NCBI GenBank assembly: GCA_036785375.1 | Contig: JAWMAR010000471.1 | Span: 372,001-436,000 of the forward strand | Direction of reading: 5' to 3' | DNA: 64,000 nt | DNA from: Leucoraja ocellata | Lineage: Eukaryota | Shown: positions 36,966 through 50,866 of the stretch, in pieces | Numbering within the stretch: the first letter of the stretch is position 1 | Layout of the letters: every line of letters starts with the position of its first letter | Position numbers and translations under genes: made by a program | Notes under the pieces: generated by a model | The model's database searches: none | Told to the model about the DNA's origin: nothing | Seen by the model: only the letters and a program-made list of their open reading frames with translations

Positions 36966-39067
36966 CTGATAGCCTGTTTCCTTAATCATCGCTACTTTGC
37001 ATATCTTTCATTCATTGTTCTTTATCTCTGCACATCACCCTCTATATATCTCTCGTTTCCCTTATCCCTAACCAGTCTGAAGAAGGGCCTCGACCCGAAA
37101 CGTCACCCAGTTTTTGCTCTCCAGAGATGCTGTCTGTCTCGCTGAGTTACTCCAGTTTTTTGTCACTACATTCCGTATTTGCATTGCCCTCTGTCCGTAC
37201 TGTACATTTATACAGTATGTGGCGAGCGGAGGGTCACGAGTAATAAAGACGGGCCATCAAAACACTGCGGCATTAACTATAAAAAAAGTCACAAAGAATG
37301 CATAAAGATCAACCATAGATGGATTTACAGACCGGCTGATACAGATTAACAGACACATAGGATGACAGACAAAGGAACAGACAGAGAGACAGACAGAAAG
37401 GCAGATCGAGAGACAGATAGATAGATAGATATACAGACAGACNNNNNNNNNNNNNNNNNNNNNNNNNNNNNNNNNNNNNNNNNNNNNNNNNNNNNNNNNN
37501 NNNNNNNNNNNNNNNNNNNNNNNNNNNNNNNNNNNNNNNNNNNNNNNNNNNNNNNNNNNNNNNNNNNNNNNNNNNNNNNNNNNNNNNNNNNNNNNNNNNN
37601 NNNNNNNNNNNNNNNNNNNNNNNNNTTTAGGGGTAACATGAGGGGGAACTTCTTTACTCAGAGAGTGGTAGCGGTGTGGAATGAGCTTCCAATGGAAGTG
37701 GTGGAGGCAGGTTCGTTGGTATCATTTAAAAATAAATTGGATAGGCATATGGATGAGAAGGGAGTGGAGGGTTATGGTATGAGTGCAGGCAGGTGGGACT
37801 AAGGGAAAAATAAGTTGTTCGGCACGGACTTGTAGGGCCGAGATGGCCTGTTTCCGTGCTGTAATTGTTATATGGTTATATGGTTATATGGTTATANNNN
37901 NNNNNNNNNNNNNNNNNNNNNNNNNNNNNNNNNNNNNNNNNNNNNNNNNNNNNNNNNNNNNNNNNNNNNNNNNNNNNNNNNNNNNNNNNNNNNNNNNNNN
38001 NNNNNNNNNNNNNNNNNNNNNNNNNNNNNNNNNNNNNNNNNNNNNNNNNNNNNNNNNNNNNNNNNNNNNNNNNNNNNNNNNNNNNNNNNNNNNNNNNNNN
38101 NNNNNNNNNNNNNNNNNNNNNNNNNNNNNNNNNNNNNNNNNNNNNNNNNNNNNNNNNNNNNNNNNNNNNNNNNNNNNNNNNNNNNNNNNNNNNNNNNNNN
38201 NNNNNNNNNNNNNNNNNNNNNNNNNNNNNNNNNNNNNNNNNNNNNNNNNNNNNNNNNNNNNNNNNNNNNNNNNNNNNNNNNNNNNNNNNNNNNNNNNNNN
38301 NNNNNNNNNNNNNNNNNNNNNNNNNNNNNNNNNNNNNNNNNNNNNNNNNNNNNNNNNNNNNNNNNNNNNNNNNNNNNNNNNNNNNNNNNNNNNNNNNNNN
38401 NNNNNNNNNNNNNNNNNNNNNNNNNNNNNNNNNNNNNATAGATGGNNNNNNNNNNNNNNNNNNNNNNNNNNNNNNNNNNNNNNNNNNNNNNNNNNNNNNN
38501 NNNNNNNNNNNNNNNNNNNNNNNNNNNNNNNNNNNNNNNNNNNNNNNNNNNNNNNNNNNNNNNNNNNNNNNNNNNNNNNNNNNNNNNNNNNNNNNNNNNN
38601 NNNNNNNNNNNNNNNNNNNNNNNNNNNNNNNNNNNNCCGTGAGAACCGGCGAACTAAACTTACGCAGCTTTATTGTGGATTGGGAAATAAGGAACTGCAA
38701 ATGCTGGAATCTTGTGAAGAATATAACATGGTGAAGTAACTCAGTAGATGACGAGGCATCTCATGAGGACATGGGTAAGGCAACGTTTCAAGTCATTCTT
38801 TAGATTGATTGATGAATTGATTTGTGTTTCGCACGGATGTGGTGAAGACGGAATATTCTAGTCTGAACGTGTCTCTAGAAAGGGGGCAGCATGAGAAGTG
38901 CAAACAGCGCTATCGGGTCATTCAGCATGGAGTTGAACCGACATTAGAAGGAAGTTAGTTAGAAGCCATGGAGAAGGGACTGAGAGGACCATTTGGGCCT
39001 CGGTTTTCAGTTACAATTCTCTGAAGCCGTGCACCTAATCTGTGCAGCAGTTATCTTTTTAAAAATA

Positions 39068-42000
39068 TCAATGAAAACACAGACGGAGAGGAAGTTTGAC
39101 CAGATTCTTCAGCTGCTGTCTAAATTTGGTCTGGGTCACGGCATAAATGCAGGTGTTGGAGCAGGAACTCAGGAGCTGCAACATGTTGCCCACTTCCCGG
39201 AAAACAAACTTGGGGTCTCTGAAGTTGAAGCCAGCGGAATAGTTGTCTTTGGAGATTTCAACGTAGAGGAAGTTCGCAACGTACGTTATCCACAGGAGGA
39301 TGAAACTCCCGGAGATGGCGAAGAGTAAGATGATCGACTTCTTCCGGCTCTCAGTTTCCGGGTCGCTCCGGTTGTCTACCGGCCCGCCCGCCCGAAGCCT
39401 CATGCGGGCTCTGCTGGCGAACAGGATGTGCCTGACCGTCAGGGCGTTGAGCAGCAGGATCAGGACGAATGGGAGCCAAGGGGTGAGAATGCAATCGACC
39501 CAGTCAAAGGCCTTCCATATTGGAAAATTGTAAAAGGTTGACTTCACGTTACAATACCAGGGGACGCCATTAATTACGTAGGATGGCTTGTAGATAAAAT
39601 AAAATGGGATGTTCTTCAAACAGCTCAGAGCGCAGACCAGGCCAATAACCACGGCGGCTGACCTATGTGTACAGTAAGTTGTTTTAAGTTTCTGGTCGGC
39701 AATGGCGACAAATCGGTCGAAAGTGAAAGCCACCGTCAGCCAGACGGAACTGTCCCTGGCCGCATAAATCAGGACACTGCTCAGGCTGCACACCGGGGTA
39801 ATGGACAGGAAACTGCCCGCCGCGTAGGTGACGCTGATCCGGCTGAGTATCACCGCGGTGATGATGACCAGCAGATCCGTCACCGCCATGGACACGAGGT
39901 AACGGCTGACGCAGCTGGAGAGACCACACCTTCCCTGGGAAAGGATTCCCACCGTCACCACGTTTGCTGCAAGAAAACAAAAGCGGAATACAATTTCAGA
40001 GAAAGAACCGTAAAATAAGTGATAGGGATGAGACGGTCATTCGGAGACTTTTAACCAGAAATAACCATATAACAATTACTGCACGGAAACAGGCCATCTC
40101 GGCCCTTCAAGTCCGTGCCGAACACTTGTTTTAATTTTTTTATCCCCCCCACCCCCCCCCCCCCCCCCCAGCACTCAGACCATAACCCTCCATTCCTTTC
40201 CCGTCCATGTACCTATCCAATTTAGTTTTAAATTATTAAATCGAACCTGCCTCCACCACTTCCACTGGAAGCTCATTCCACATAGCTACCACTCTCTGAG
40301 TAAAGAAGTTCCCCTAATCTTATCCCAAAACTTCTGTCCCTTAATTCTCAAGTCATGTCCGCTTGTTTGAATCTTCCCTACTCTCAATAGGAAAAGCTTA
40401 TCCACGTCAACTCTGTCTATCCCTCTCATCATTTTAAAGACCTCTATCAATTCCCCCCTTAACCTTCTGCGCTCCAAAGACGATTAAGGGGGGACTTTTA
40501 ATCTGCTCCACGTTTTCCTTTCCTTAACTATATCTATTTATGTTGTATGTAATAGTAAAAAACATCAAATCCCAACATTGTTATAAGCATCCACCACATA
40601 TTCGAGCTTCAACGGCGCCTACCGGCGGAATGGTGCAATTTGGCACCGCCGTTTCGGCTGCGCTGTTTCTGCGTCTCCGTTAGATGAAATATATGAATTA
40701 GCAAAAGATCGGCGCCTCCAAAACGGAGGCTCCTCACAATTCATCAAAAATAGACAACTATCTTTTCCTCCACCCACCCATTCTACAGCTAAACGCTTCT
40801 GCTAAGTAAAATTACTCAGGTTTCACTGAAGCGTTTAAGTAACTGATGTTTCTGGCCCAATGGCTCGGAGCAGTGTTTATTTGACATTATTTGTCATAAT
40901 TGTTAATTGGCTGACCTCAACTGTTTTGTGAGAAGTGACAAAGCAGTGGCGCCGAAACGGCAGCGCCGAAAAGTACCCGACCCCCGTACCGGTACCTACT
41001 CCACCATTGAATAGGTAGAACGTACCAACTCCGTGCAGCCAACGCCAACGGTCAGAATCGAACCCGGGTATCCGGCGCTGTATTAATTATCGAATGTGCT
41101 TTTGATAATTATTCTTTTTTTTCGGATTTAGAGACACAGCGCGGAAACAGGCCCGACAGCACACCGAGTCTGGACCGACCAGTGATCCCCGCATGTTAAC
41201 ACATGTCCCACACACACGAGGGACAATGTACATTTTATACCAAGTCAATTAAAATACAAACAATTCAATTCAATTCAATTAAATATTTTTTCCATGTCAT
41301 TTGAACCTCAGTGAAGCTCAAACGAAACCTGTACGCATTTGGAATGTGAGTTGAAATCGAAGACCTGGGAGAAAACCTACACAGATCACGGGGAGATCGT
41401 ACAAACTCCATCCAGACAAGCACCCGTAGTCAGTATCGAACCCGGGTTTCTGGCGCTGGAAGGCAGTATCTCCACCGCAACGCCATCACAGCTTTATATT
41501 TGTCCTTTTTTCCATCCGCCAACAATATTTAATATGTAAAAGAATATGTGATTTTGTTCCATTCTGTTTGTAGTTTGTTTGGTTGTTTGTTTGTTTGTCT
41601 TTTTGTACAAAGTCCGCGGGCATTGCCACTTTTCATTTCACTGCACATCTCGTATGTGTATTTGTCGAATAGACTAGACTCGACTTGACTTGACTTCATC
41701 CGTGCCAGGGATGGCAGCGTGAAACCGTGCGGATTCCGGGATGTAGCACCGATGCACCAGTGGCAACGACAGAAATGCGAAATATTGTAAATGGCCGTTA
41801 CTCAAAGTCATCTCACAAGGAAAAGTCCTGAAGGCGGCAATGCGGTAGTTTCTGAGGTGTGGGCATTAGTACAGGCTAAACTGGGGGTAGGAGGCTCCCA
41901 AACATAATTCCGATTTCATTACGTTAATAGCGACATGTTGGCAATAATAACCATAGATCGATACAGCGTGGAAACAGGACCTCGGGCCCAACTTGCCCTC

Positions 42001-42913
42001 ACCGGCAAACATGTCGCAGCTGCACGAGTCCCATCTGCCCGCGGTTGGTCCATATCCCTCCATATCTGTCCTATCCTTATACCTGTCTAACTGCTTCTTA
42101 AACGATGGGATAGTCCCAGTCTCAACTATCTCCTCTGAGAGATTGTTCCTCACACCCACCACCTTCTGTATGAAAACGTTACCCCTCAAATTCCTATTAA
42201 TTTTTTCGCCTTCACCTTAAACATATGTTCTATGGTCCTTGATTCGCCAATTCTGGGCGATGCTGTGCGGATTTACTCCTTTCATGATTTTATACACCTC
42301 TATAAACATAGAAACATAGAAAATAGGTGCAAGAGTAGGCCATTCGGCCCTTCGAGCCTGCACCGCCATTTGATATGATCATGGCTGATCATCCAACTCA
42401 GTATCCCATCCCTGCCTTCTCCCCATACCCCCTGATCCCTTTAGCCACAAGGGCCACATCTAACTCTCTCTTAAATATATCCCATGAACTGGCCTCAACT
42501 ACCTTCTGTGGCAGATAATTCCACAGATTCACCATTCTCTGTGTAAAAAATGATTTCCTCATCTCGGTCCTAAAAGTCTTCCCTCTTATCCTTAAACTGT
42601 GACCCCTGGTTCTGGACTTCCCCAACATCGGGAATAATCTTCCTGCATCTAGCCTGTCCAACCCCTTAAGAATTTTTAAAGTAATAATAATAAGATCACC
42701 CATTGTCCTCCTGTGCTCCAAGCAATAGAGTCGCAGCTTGCTTAACCTCTCCCGAACGGCCAGACCCTTTAGTTCTGGCACCATCCCCGTAAATCTTCTC
42801 TGTACCCTTTCCAGCTTGAAGTTAATCTGGTAGTAAATCTTACCAGGGACGCCGACTGCTGCGAGGATCAGATAGTAGATTGTATAAAGCAGACCTTTTG
42901 GTGGAGCGTGCAT
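39068..42913 (-). CDS. Class A orphan GPCR, GPR139/GPR142-like; exon 1 42913-42844, exon 2 39966-39068; 322 aa
   Basis: MHAPPKGLLYTIYYLILAAVGVP+G|gtaag splices to ttgcag|CA, giving GVPANVVTVGILSQGRCGLS; MAVTDLLV, SVWLTVAFTFDRFVAI, LILLLNALTVRHI and SCSNTCIYAVTQTKFR motifs; seven hydrophobic segments; open to the stop codon. Confidence 0.9.
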
Positions 42914-43810
42914 TGTCGTTGAACTGAGACAGCTCTCTGGCTCTAACTGATCCTTTGTACTCTGAATAAGCGTTCCTTTTATGTAGGCGATGTCCCCCTC
43001 CGGGGAAATGAATGTTAATGTGAACTAGTTCCAGCGTTTTTAATTAAACGAACTAACCCATCACTTTCGCGTGGGTTATTTTCAAAACAATTTCACTACC
43101 ATTTATGGGACAGCTAGAGTTCAAGTCATTTCTGCTCCCTAATATAATGCTATATTCTAGGTGTATATCGGACTCGATCTCGGAAGTTAGGGTCAGTCGA
43201 ATGTGATATCAGTGTGTGCCTTACAGATCAAAATGTTGGAGTAACACATCGGGGCAGGCTGACTAATACATCATTAAATTATTCATGCAGTATTCAACGA
43301 TATAAAAGTCAGAGACAAAGTGTTGGGAATTATTCAGGGGAATCAACGTCAAGATTTTGGACTAATATCAACAAGCTGGGCTATGAAAAAAGATCGGGTC
43401 CCTCAGAATGAGAGATGTGGTGACGATAGATTCGGAGAGAACGCGTGCACAAAAGTAGCCACAGCATCTTGCACAATGCCAGTTTTGTTTTCATTTCAGA
43501 TGTCCAGCACATGCACGTTTTTGTTTATTTCCAAATATAATATGCTGGAGTAATTCGACGGTCAGGAAGCATCTCTGGAGAAAGTGGATAGATGCAGTTT
43601 CGCGCCAGGACCTTCATACAGATTCAGTCTAAAGTCAGACCCGATATGTCACCAATCCATGTGAAATGTGCACCATTCCATTTACAATTCTGGGCAAAAT
43701 TTTCTATGTGTCCCTCCCCCCCCCCCTTTCACTCCTTCTTGAACAGAGGGACAACCTTTGCGACCCGGAAGTCTTACGGCACCTTACCGATGTCTAACAA
43801 TGACTCCTCG

Positions 43811-45380
43811 TTCAGATTCAGATTCAGATTATTTAATGACCACACAGTCAAGTTGGTGGAATTCATATGCATTACAGGATGTTACACAATAGGCTGATTC
43901 CCGTCAAACATAACATAAAACACAAACAACATACAGTATACAGTACATGCACGAGGTGGCTTTGTGATATTATCATATAGTGTTCAGAGTTCGAATTGCA
44001 TATGGATAGAAACTGTTTTTAAATCGTGATGTTTTGGCAGTGAGCTGTAGCGCCTCCCTGAGGGCAGCAGGTGGAAGATGTGGTCAGCTGGGTGGGAGGG
44101 ATCAGAAATGATTTTCTTCACCCTTGACACGGACCGTTTGAGATTGAGCGATTCTATTGATGGGAGGGGAGTGCTGATGATGTTGGATGCTTTGTTGACA
44201 ATGCGCTGTAGTTTATTACGGGAGTGAGTGTCTAAACTGCTGTACCAACCTGTTATTGATGAAGTGAGCATGCTTTGGATGATGGCTGTGTAAAATCGGA
44301 TTAGGAGATGTTTCCTCACTCTGAACTTCTTGAGCTGACGGAGAAAGAAGAGTCTTTGGTTGGCTTTTTTTTATAAATGTGATCTGAATTGATTTTCCAT
44401 TTAAGGTTATTACTTATGTGAGTGCCAAAAAAATTGAATGAGTCAGTGGTGGATATGGGTTCGCCGGAGATGAGTACGGGGTGGGGGGGGGGGGGGGGGG
44501 GGGGGGGGGGTGGGTTTGGGTTGTGCCTTACGTCTGAGGTCGATGATAAGTTCATGGGTTTTTAATGTGTTGAGTAGGAGGCTATTGTCTGTGCACCAAG
44601 TGACTGCTTTGTGTGTTTGAGTGCGATATTCTATTTCGTTGTTGTTAGAGATGAGGCCTATGATGGTTGTGCCATCTGCGTATTTGTATATTTTGACTGA
44701 ACTATACTGGGATGTGAGTTGATTTGTATAGAGTGAGAATAACCAGGGTGACAAGACGCAGCCCTGAGGTGCTCCTGTACTGAGGTGCAAGTGAGATGTG
44801 GTGTTGTGTATCTCACCCTTTGTTTCCTGTTCCAAAGGAAGTTATGGATCCAGTGACAGATGCAGGGGTCAATGTTCATGTCCGTTAATTTATGGAAGAG
44901 TTTGACCGGGTTGATGGAGTTGAATGCAGAACTGAAGTCCATGAACAGGATGCGGGCGTACGTGTTGGCGGTTTCCAGGTGTTGCAGAGTGTGATGGATG
45001 GCCAGGTTGACTGTGTCTTCTACTGACCTGTTGGCTCTATATGCGAATTGATATGGGCCCATGTTGGAGGAAGTGCTGATTTTGAGGTAAGCGAGAATAA
45101 TGCGCTCAAATGACTTCATGGCCACGGATGTAAGGGCAATCGGTCTGTAGTCATTGAGGCAGGATTTTGTGTTAGACTTGGCACAGGAATGATGCTGGAT
45201 TGTTTGAAGCACCGCGGCACTGAACATTGGCAGAGCGAGGTAATGAAGATGTTGGTGAACACAGGGGCCCGTTCTGCTGCACAATGATGGAGCACTGCTG
45301 GGCTGATGTTGTCTGGGCCTGCTGATTTATTTTTCTTCTGCCTCCTGAAGGTAGTCCTCACCTCGGCCTCCTGGATGTGG
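43811..45380 (-). mobile_element. Rex1/Babar-clade LINE, decayed
   Basis: CLNDYRPIALTSVAMKSFER, GAPQGCVLSPWLFSLYT; several frameshifts; (TCTGAA)n tail. Confidence 0.88.
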
Positions 45381-45872
45381 AATGGAGGGGGAGGAAGAGG
45401 AGAGGGGGACGATGGTGGAGGGACTGGAGACTGTTCAAACCTGCCATAGAAAATGGCAGTACTCGTGTGGTTTCTTTTGTAGCTTACCCACTGTGTACAT
45501 GGTTAAAACTGACTACGCATGAGATGCATCCGCCTTCTATACGTTCACTGCGTTCAGCACCCAATTGACTGAAACATAGAAAGTCCCCAAGACATCTTCA
45601 TTCACGAGTTCCCGTCCTCCATGTCTTTCTCCGCAATAAAACAGAGGAGAAATATTAATCGTTGTGAAATCACCGAGAAACATTGAGCAGAAACCACGTG
45701 GGATTAATGTTCGGCGATTTCAGTGATGATTTTCAGAAATGTCAATATGCAGCGACGTGAAAGCGTGGGGGGTGATGAGGGAGTTTCTGTTGATTGTGGC
45801 GAACCGCAATCTGTATCCTGCCTTTCCAAGCCTGTCTTTGTCGCTCGAAATCGGAAATCTACACAATGGTGA

Positions 45873-45911
45873 GGTTTTTGTATAACGATTGAACTGGGCA
45901 CAGCGACTGTG
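45873..45911 (-). other. 23-RSS of V6
   Basis: reverse complement CACAGTC-23-ACAAAAACC. Confidence 0.92.
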
Positions 45912-48900
45912 CTACTTAGAGCACAGAAGGTAAACGGCGGAGTCGGATAGTTGCAGCTCAGAGATTGTTAACTTGGTGACTTTAGCACCTGTCAGGAGGT
46001 CCGCTGAGAACCTCGGTTTAGCAAAATCAGCGTTTTCCTCACCACCGTTTGAGGATTTCGCTAGGATTAACTGAAGCTGTTTGATCGGGTTTGCCGGTAC
46101 CAGGACAAGGCATAATAGTCCAATGCAGTATCATACGTGCAACTTAGAGTGACCGGTTCCCCTTCTGTCTTCCAGCTCGCTGGCGGGCTTGTGTGACAGA
46201 ATCTCCATAACCTCGTTCTGCAAAACAAAAAATAAAACTGAAAAACAGATAATATTGAACACATAGGGGCCGCGAAGGCAAAAAGCCATACCGCTGAGGT
46301 CCTCTGGGGGGCGCTCGGCCGCAGTAGGCTCCCTGATCGCTGGACGTGGTTCGGGGTGGGGGGGGGGGGGGGGGGGGGGGGGGGGGGCGGGGGGTCGTGT
46401 GATGCGGGTCGAATTGTTCTGCTCAAGGTTTCAGTGGATTTGGGCACTGTAGGACCCAAGCTGGGGCTCAGTTGGGTTAGGCGATGCAACAAAGGCGGTA
46501 CAGTGGCGCAGCGGTAGAGCTGTTCCCGTCTGCGCCGCAGATCCAGCTTCGACCTTGACAACGGACGCCGCCTGCGTGGGGTTTTCACCCCCTGTGACCG
46601 CGTGGGTTTCTCCTGGTGCTCCAGTTTCCTCGCACATCCCATAGGCGTGCGAATGTGGAGGTTACTTGGCTTCTCCAAGTCGTCCCCAGCCTGTAGAATG
46701 GAGCTAGTATGGGCGGTCGCTGGTCGGCGCGGACTAGGTGGGCCTAAGTGCCAATATCTACGTTGTATATCTAATCTAAATTAATCTAAACTAAACAAAA
46801 ATGGTCATGCGCTCTGAGAGGACGCGGCCTGCAGACAAAGAGAACCAGATCAACATAATTGACTGGCCAGGTCGAATCCTGAAACACAAAACCAGTGTCG
46901 CCGTCACGGCAACTGGCCTTTATGCAAAAAGAGTTAAGGAATAACATTTATAATAACTGTGAACATGGAGGATGCAAGATGTCGCCGGAAACCTGGCAAG
47001 TCTTATGTACTGCCTCAAGGTAATCTGCTATTCTTGACATGTTCATAATAGCTCATCAGTTCTAGTAGTAGAATTAGGCCATGCGGCCCATCAGCTCTAC
47101 TCCTCCATTCAATCAAGGCTGATCTATCTTTCCCACTTAAATCCATTCTCCTGCCTTCTTAGATTAGATTAGATTAGATTTTATTTGTTGTCATTTGAAC
47201 ACAGAGATTCAGACGAAATTTAGTGTCTGCAGTCACACAAACAAGAAGAAGTACCAAGACACAACACAATTACACAAACATCCATCACAGCGAATCTCCT
47301 CCTCACTGTGATGGAAAGCAAAGTCTTATTCTCTCCCTGCACTCCCCATTCTCCTCAAAGTCAAAGCCCCCGGCGGGCGATGGGTAATAAGTCTCGCGGC
47401 CATAAAAGCCGCGCCGGGCGATGCAAGGCCGCGCTCCGGGTCTTGATGTTGTAGCCCCCGGAGGGCTCCCCCGTAACCCCTGACAACCGTACTAATCAAG
47501 AATGTGTCCATCTCCGCCTTAAGAATGTCACTTGACTTGTCCCCCATGGACGCATGTGGTAATGAATACCCCACATTCACCACCATCTAATGAAATAAAT
47601 TCCTTCTAATCTCCTTTTCAAAGGTACGCCCTTTTATTCTGACGCTAAGGTCTCTGATCCTCGACTCTCCCATTCATGGAAACATCTTCTGTACATTCAC
47701 TCCATCCAGCCCTTTCAGTATTCCGTCAGTTTCAAAGAGCCCCCCCCCCCCCCCTTCATCCTTCTAAACTCCAGCGAGTACCAGACCAGTGCCTTCAAAC
47801 GCTCATCACACGTTAACCTAATTATTCGTGGGTGGAGTTGTGTAAGAAAGAACTGCAGATGCTGGAAAAAAATCGAAGGTAGACAAAAATGTTGGAGGAA
47901 CACCGCAAAATTATTCGTGGGATAATTCTGGTAAAACCGCCTCTGGACCCTCCCAAGGCCAGCACACACTTCCTCAGATATAGGGCCCCAAAACTGCCCA
48001 TTGGTATATGAGATAATTGTTCAAATGTCAAGTCAAGTCAAGTCAAGTCAAGTCAAGTCAAGTCAAGTCAAGTCTATTTGTCACATACACATACGAGATG
48101 TGCAGTGAAATGAAAGTGGCAATGCTCGCGGACTTTTGTGCAAAAGACAAACAACAAAACAACCAAACAAATTATAAATACAATCATAACACACATATTC
48201 TTTTACATAATAAATAATGGAAGGAAAAACGTTCAGTAGAGTTAGTCCCTGGTGAGATAGGCATTTACAATCCGAATTGCCTCTGGAAGAAACTCCTTCT
48301 CAACCTGTCCGTTCTCACCGCATGGCAACGGAGGCGTTTGCCTGACCGTAGCAGCTGGAACAGTCCGTTGCAGGGGTGGAAGGGTCCCCCATGATTTAAT
48401 TTGCTCTGGAGTTGCACCTCCTGTTGTATAGTTCATGCAGGGGGGCGAGTGAAGTTCCCATAATGCGTTCGGCCGAACGCACTACTCTCTGCAGAGCCTT
48501 CTTGTCCTTGGCAGAGCAATTCCCAAACCAGATGGTAATGTTCCCGGACCAAGTTGCTTTCCACCGCCGCTGCGTAGAAGCACTGGAGGATCCTCGGAGA
48601 CCACTCTGAATTTCCTCAATTGCCTGAGGTGGTAAAGGCGCTGCCTTGCCTTACTCACGAGTGCTGAGGTCGACTGAATAGTATGATTGTTAAGATATAG
48701 ACTGAATTTGATTGTACCGCTGCTGGAATATTTATTTCACTGCACTTATATGTGTATGTGATTAATAAAACTGATCGATTGATTGATTGATGAAATAATT
48801 TCATGGTACCCGAATACCTTTGACAATAAAATACCATTGAATCATTGAACCTCAAAGTGATCCAGCAGCCAGAGAGATTAAATTATGTTTGATTCCACAC

Positions 48901-48956
48901 TTACCTGACAGAAGCGCTGTCAAAAAGCAGAAATACAAGAATCGCATTGCATCCAT
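45912..48956 (-). pseudogene. TCR V gene segment V6 (probable leader 48956-48905, V exon 46217-45912); three single-base frameshifts as assembled
   Basis: Leader MDAMRFLYFCFLTALLS+G|gtaag; exon pieces GYGDSVTQ / PASWKTEGEPVTLSCTYDTALDYYALSWYRQ / QLILAKSSNGGEENADFAKPRFSADL...LQLSDSAVY / FCALS; RSS intact. Confidence 0.85.
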
Positions 48957-49861
48957 TCGGACTGTAGAGTGTGAATGTATCAAACAGGGTCACGAAAAAG
49001 TAACTACGAAGAGAGATTAAAGGGTGGATCTCAGCATTTGAAGGTATATCTGGCGCACTCTCACAGGAACCTGCTTGCGATCAACATGACCCTCTCTGCG
49101 TCACTACCTGTTGTCTCTGATGGTGCAGTGGGGTCGGTGGGCGGGAGTTGAACAGTATAATGCCCCTGCCCCACTTATGAAACCTGAACGGAAACCTCTG
49201 GAGACTTTGCGTCCCACCCGCGTTTTCCGTGCGGTTCCCGAAGGTTGCAGGTGGTTGCCGGAGGTTGCAGGTAGTGGAAGCAGGTAGGGGAGACTGACAA
49301 AAACCCCGGGGAACCTCCGGGAACCGCACGGGAATCTTGGGTGGGCGCAAATTCTTCAGAGGTTTCCTTTCAGGTTGCCTAAGTGGACAGGGGCTGAGCA
49401 TCAGTTCGTTTTATTACCGGACGCACTTTCGATTGAGGATTCAACTGGGGTAGCTGATGCCTTTGTCTGAATTTCGCAACGGTGGGAATCTGCGCATAAT
49501 TAATGGGAATAGATAATCCTCATCATTCAGAAAAGTCCTGAGTGATCCTAAAAAGAATTCACCAAATTTCTCTTAGGACATACATCAGATAGAACATCAA
49601 TATATTTGGTTTGCCAGACACGATGAGATTCATCGCGAATTCAAAGCGCTAATTCAACCATGTGGGTTATGTCTGCAATTTGCTTTTCTTGAACATCAAG
49701 GCTCTCGTTACCGTTAGGTGAATTCTCTTCATCGTGAAACCGGAAAAGCCATCCTTGCCAGTGTCATCGATGACACTTGTTATTAAGACAAGGCCTATCT
49801 TCCTTTGTCCATCGGTTTTGGGGCAAACATCTGTTTCACTTGGCAGATAAAGGAAGATATA

Positions 49862-50452
49862 AGTCCACCAACACCGCTGCGCTGGTCAAGAAGGCACAGC
49901 AACGACTGTTCTTCCTGAGGACATTAAACAATACTGGTCTGCCCCAACAGCTGCTGACAACGTCCTACCGCTGCATCACAGAGACCATATTAACGTATGG
50001 CATCTCTGTGTGGTATCTCAGCTGCACGGAGGCGGAGAGGAGAGCTCTTCAGCGCGTCGTCCACAGAGCGCAGAGGATCATTGGGACAGAGCTACCAGCC
50101 TTGGCGGGCATCCACCACACACGGTGCCTCAGGAAGGCCGCCAGCATCCATAAAGACTCATCACACCCCTGTAACGGACTGTTTGAACGACTTCCCTCCG
50201 GCAGACGTTACAAGGCCTTCCACGCCCGAACCTCCCGACTCAGAAACAGCTTTATTCCAAGAACTATAGCGGCTCTGAACCGGCCCTGCTGAGTGCCCCC
50301 CATCCCCCATGCACTGTCCCCCTCGGATGGTCACGACACACAGCTTATTTATTTATTTTACTTTTCTTTTTCATCGGTTGGAGCTGCATACTAAATCTCG
50401 GTGCACTGACGTGCAATGACAATCAAATATATTATTATTATTATTATTATTA
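49862..50452 (+). mobile_element. Rex1-like LINE 3' fragment
   Basis: STNTAALVKKAQQRLFFLRTL...LPSGRRY; (ATT)n tail. Confidence 0.85.
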
Positions 50453-50641
50453 AAATGAATAGTGAACGCAGAATAGTACAGCAACTGTTCCGTGGTAGTT
50501 TTGGCCGCCCTGCCATCACCTGTTAGTCCTTTCACCCTGTCCCCATATTTGTTTTCGAATACGATTCTAAGATAAACGAACATTATCCGCCTACACATGA
50601 TCTATATCCCTATTTACACATCCACGTGCCTAAATGACAGT

Positions 50642-50725
50642 TACCAGGAGTGGGGTTCGAACTCAAGTGAACACTCGCTCCATTGCATCTTAAGTCCAAC
50701 GCCTTAACCACTCGGCCACCCTGGT
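50642..50725 (-). tRNA. tRNA-Leu(TAA), degenerate and probably a pseudogene; partial second copy at 53811-53834 cut by a gap
   Basis: ACCAGGGTGGCCGAGTGGTTAAGGCGTTGGACTTAAGATGCAATGG...GTTCGAACCCCACTCCTGGTA; acceptor stem, A and B boxes and TAA anticodon present; mismatches in the anticodon and T stems. Confidence 0.85.
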
Positions 50726-50866
50726 ATTCGGAAGTAAAGGCATTTATGTGCATAAATGCTGATTTTCAACTCGTTATTATTCGCGATTGGCCTGTGAGGA
50801 ACGCAATATAAAGCAGGTAAGGCGCGTCCCCCCCCCCCCCCCCCCCCCTCCCAGACGAATGCACTA

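Noticed and set aside
37346-38739. Long ORFs across 37.4-38.7 kb (and at 5133-5605, 53524-53920)
   Set aside because: Composed of X residues from assembly gaps
42398-42913. 171-aa ORF as a single protein
   Set aside because: It is GPCR exon 1 reading through its splice donor into an intronic CR1 fragment
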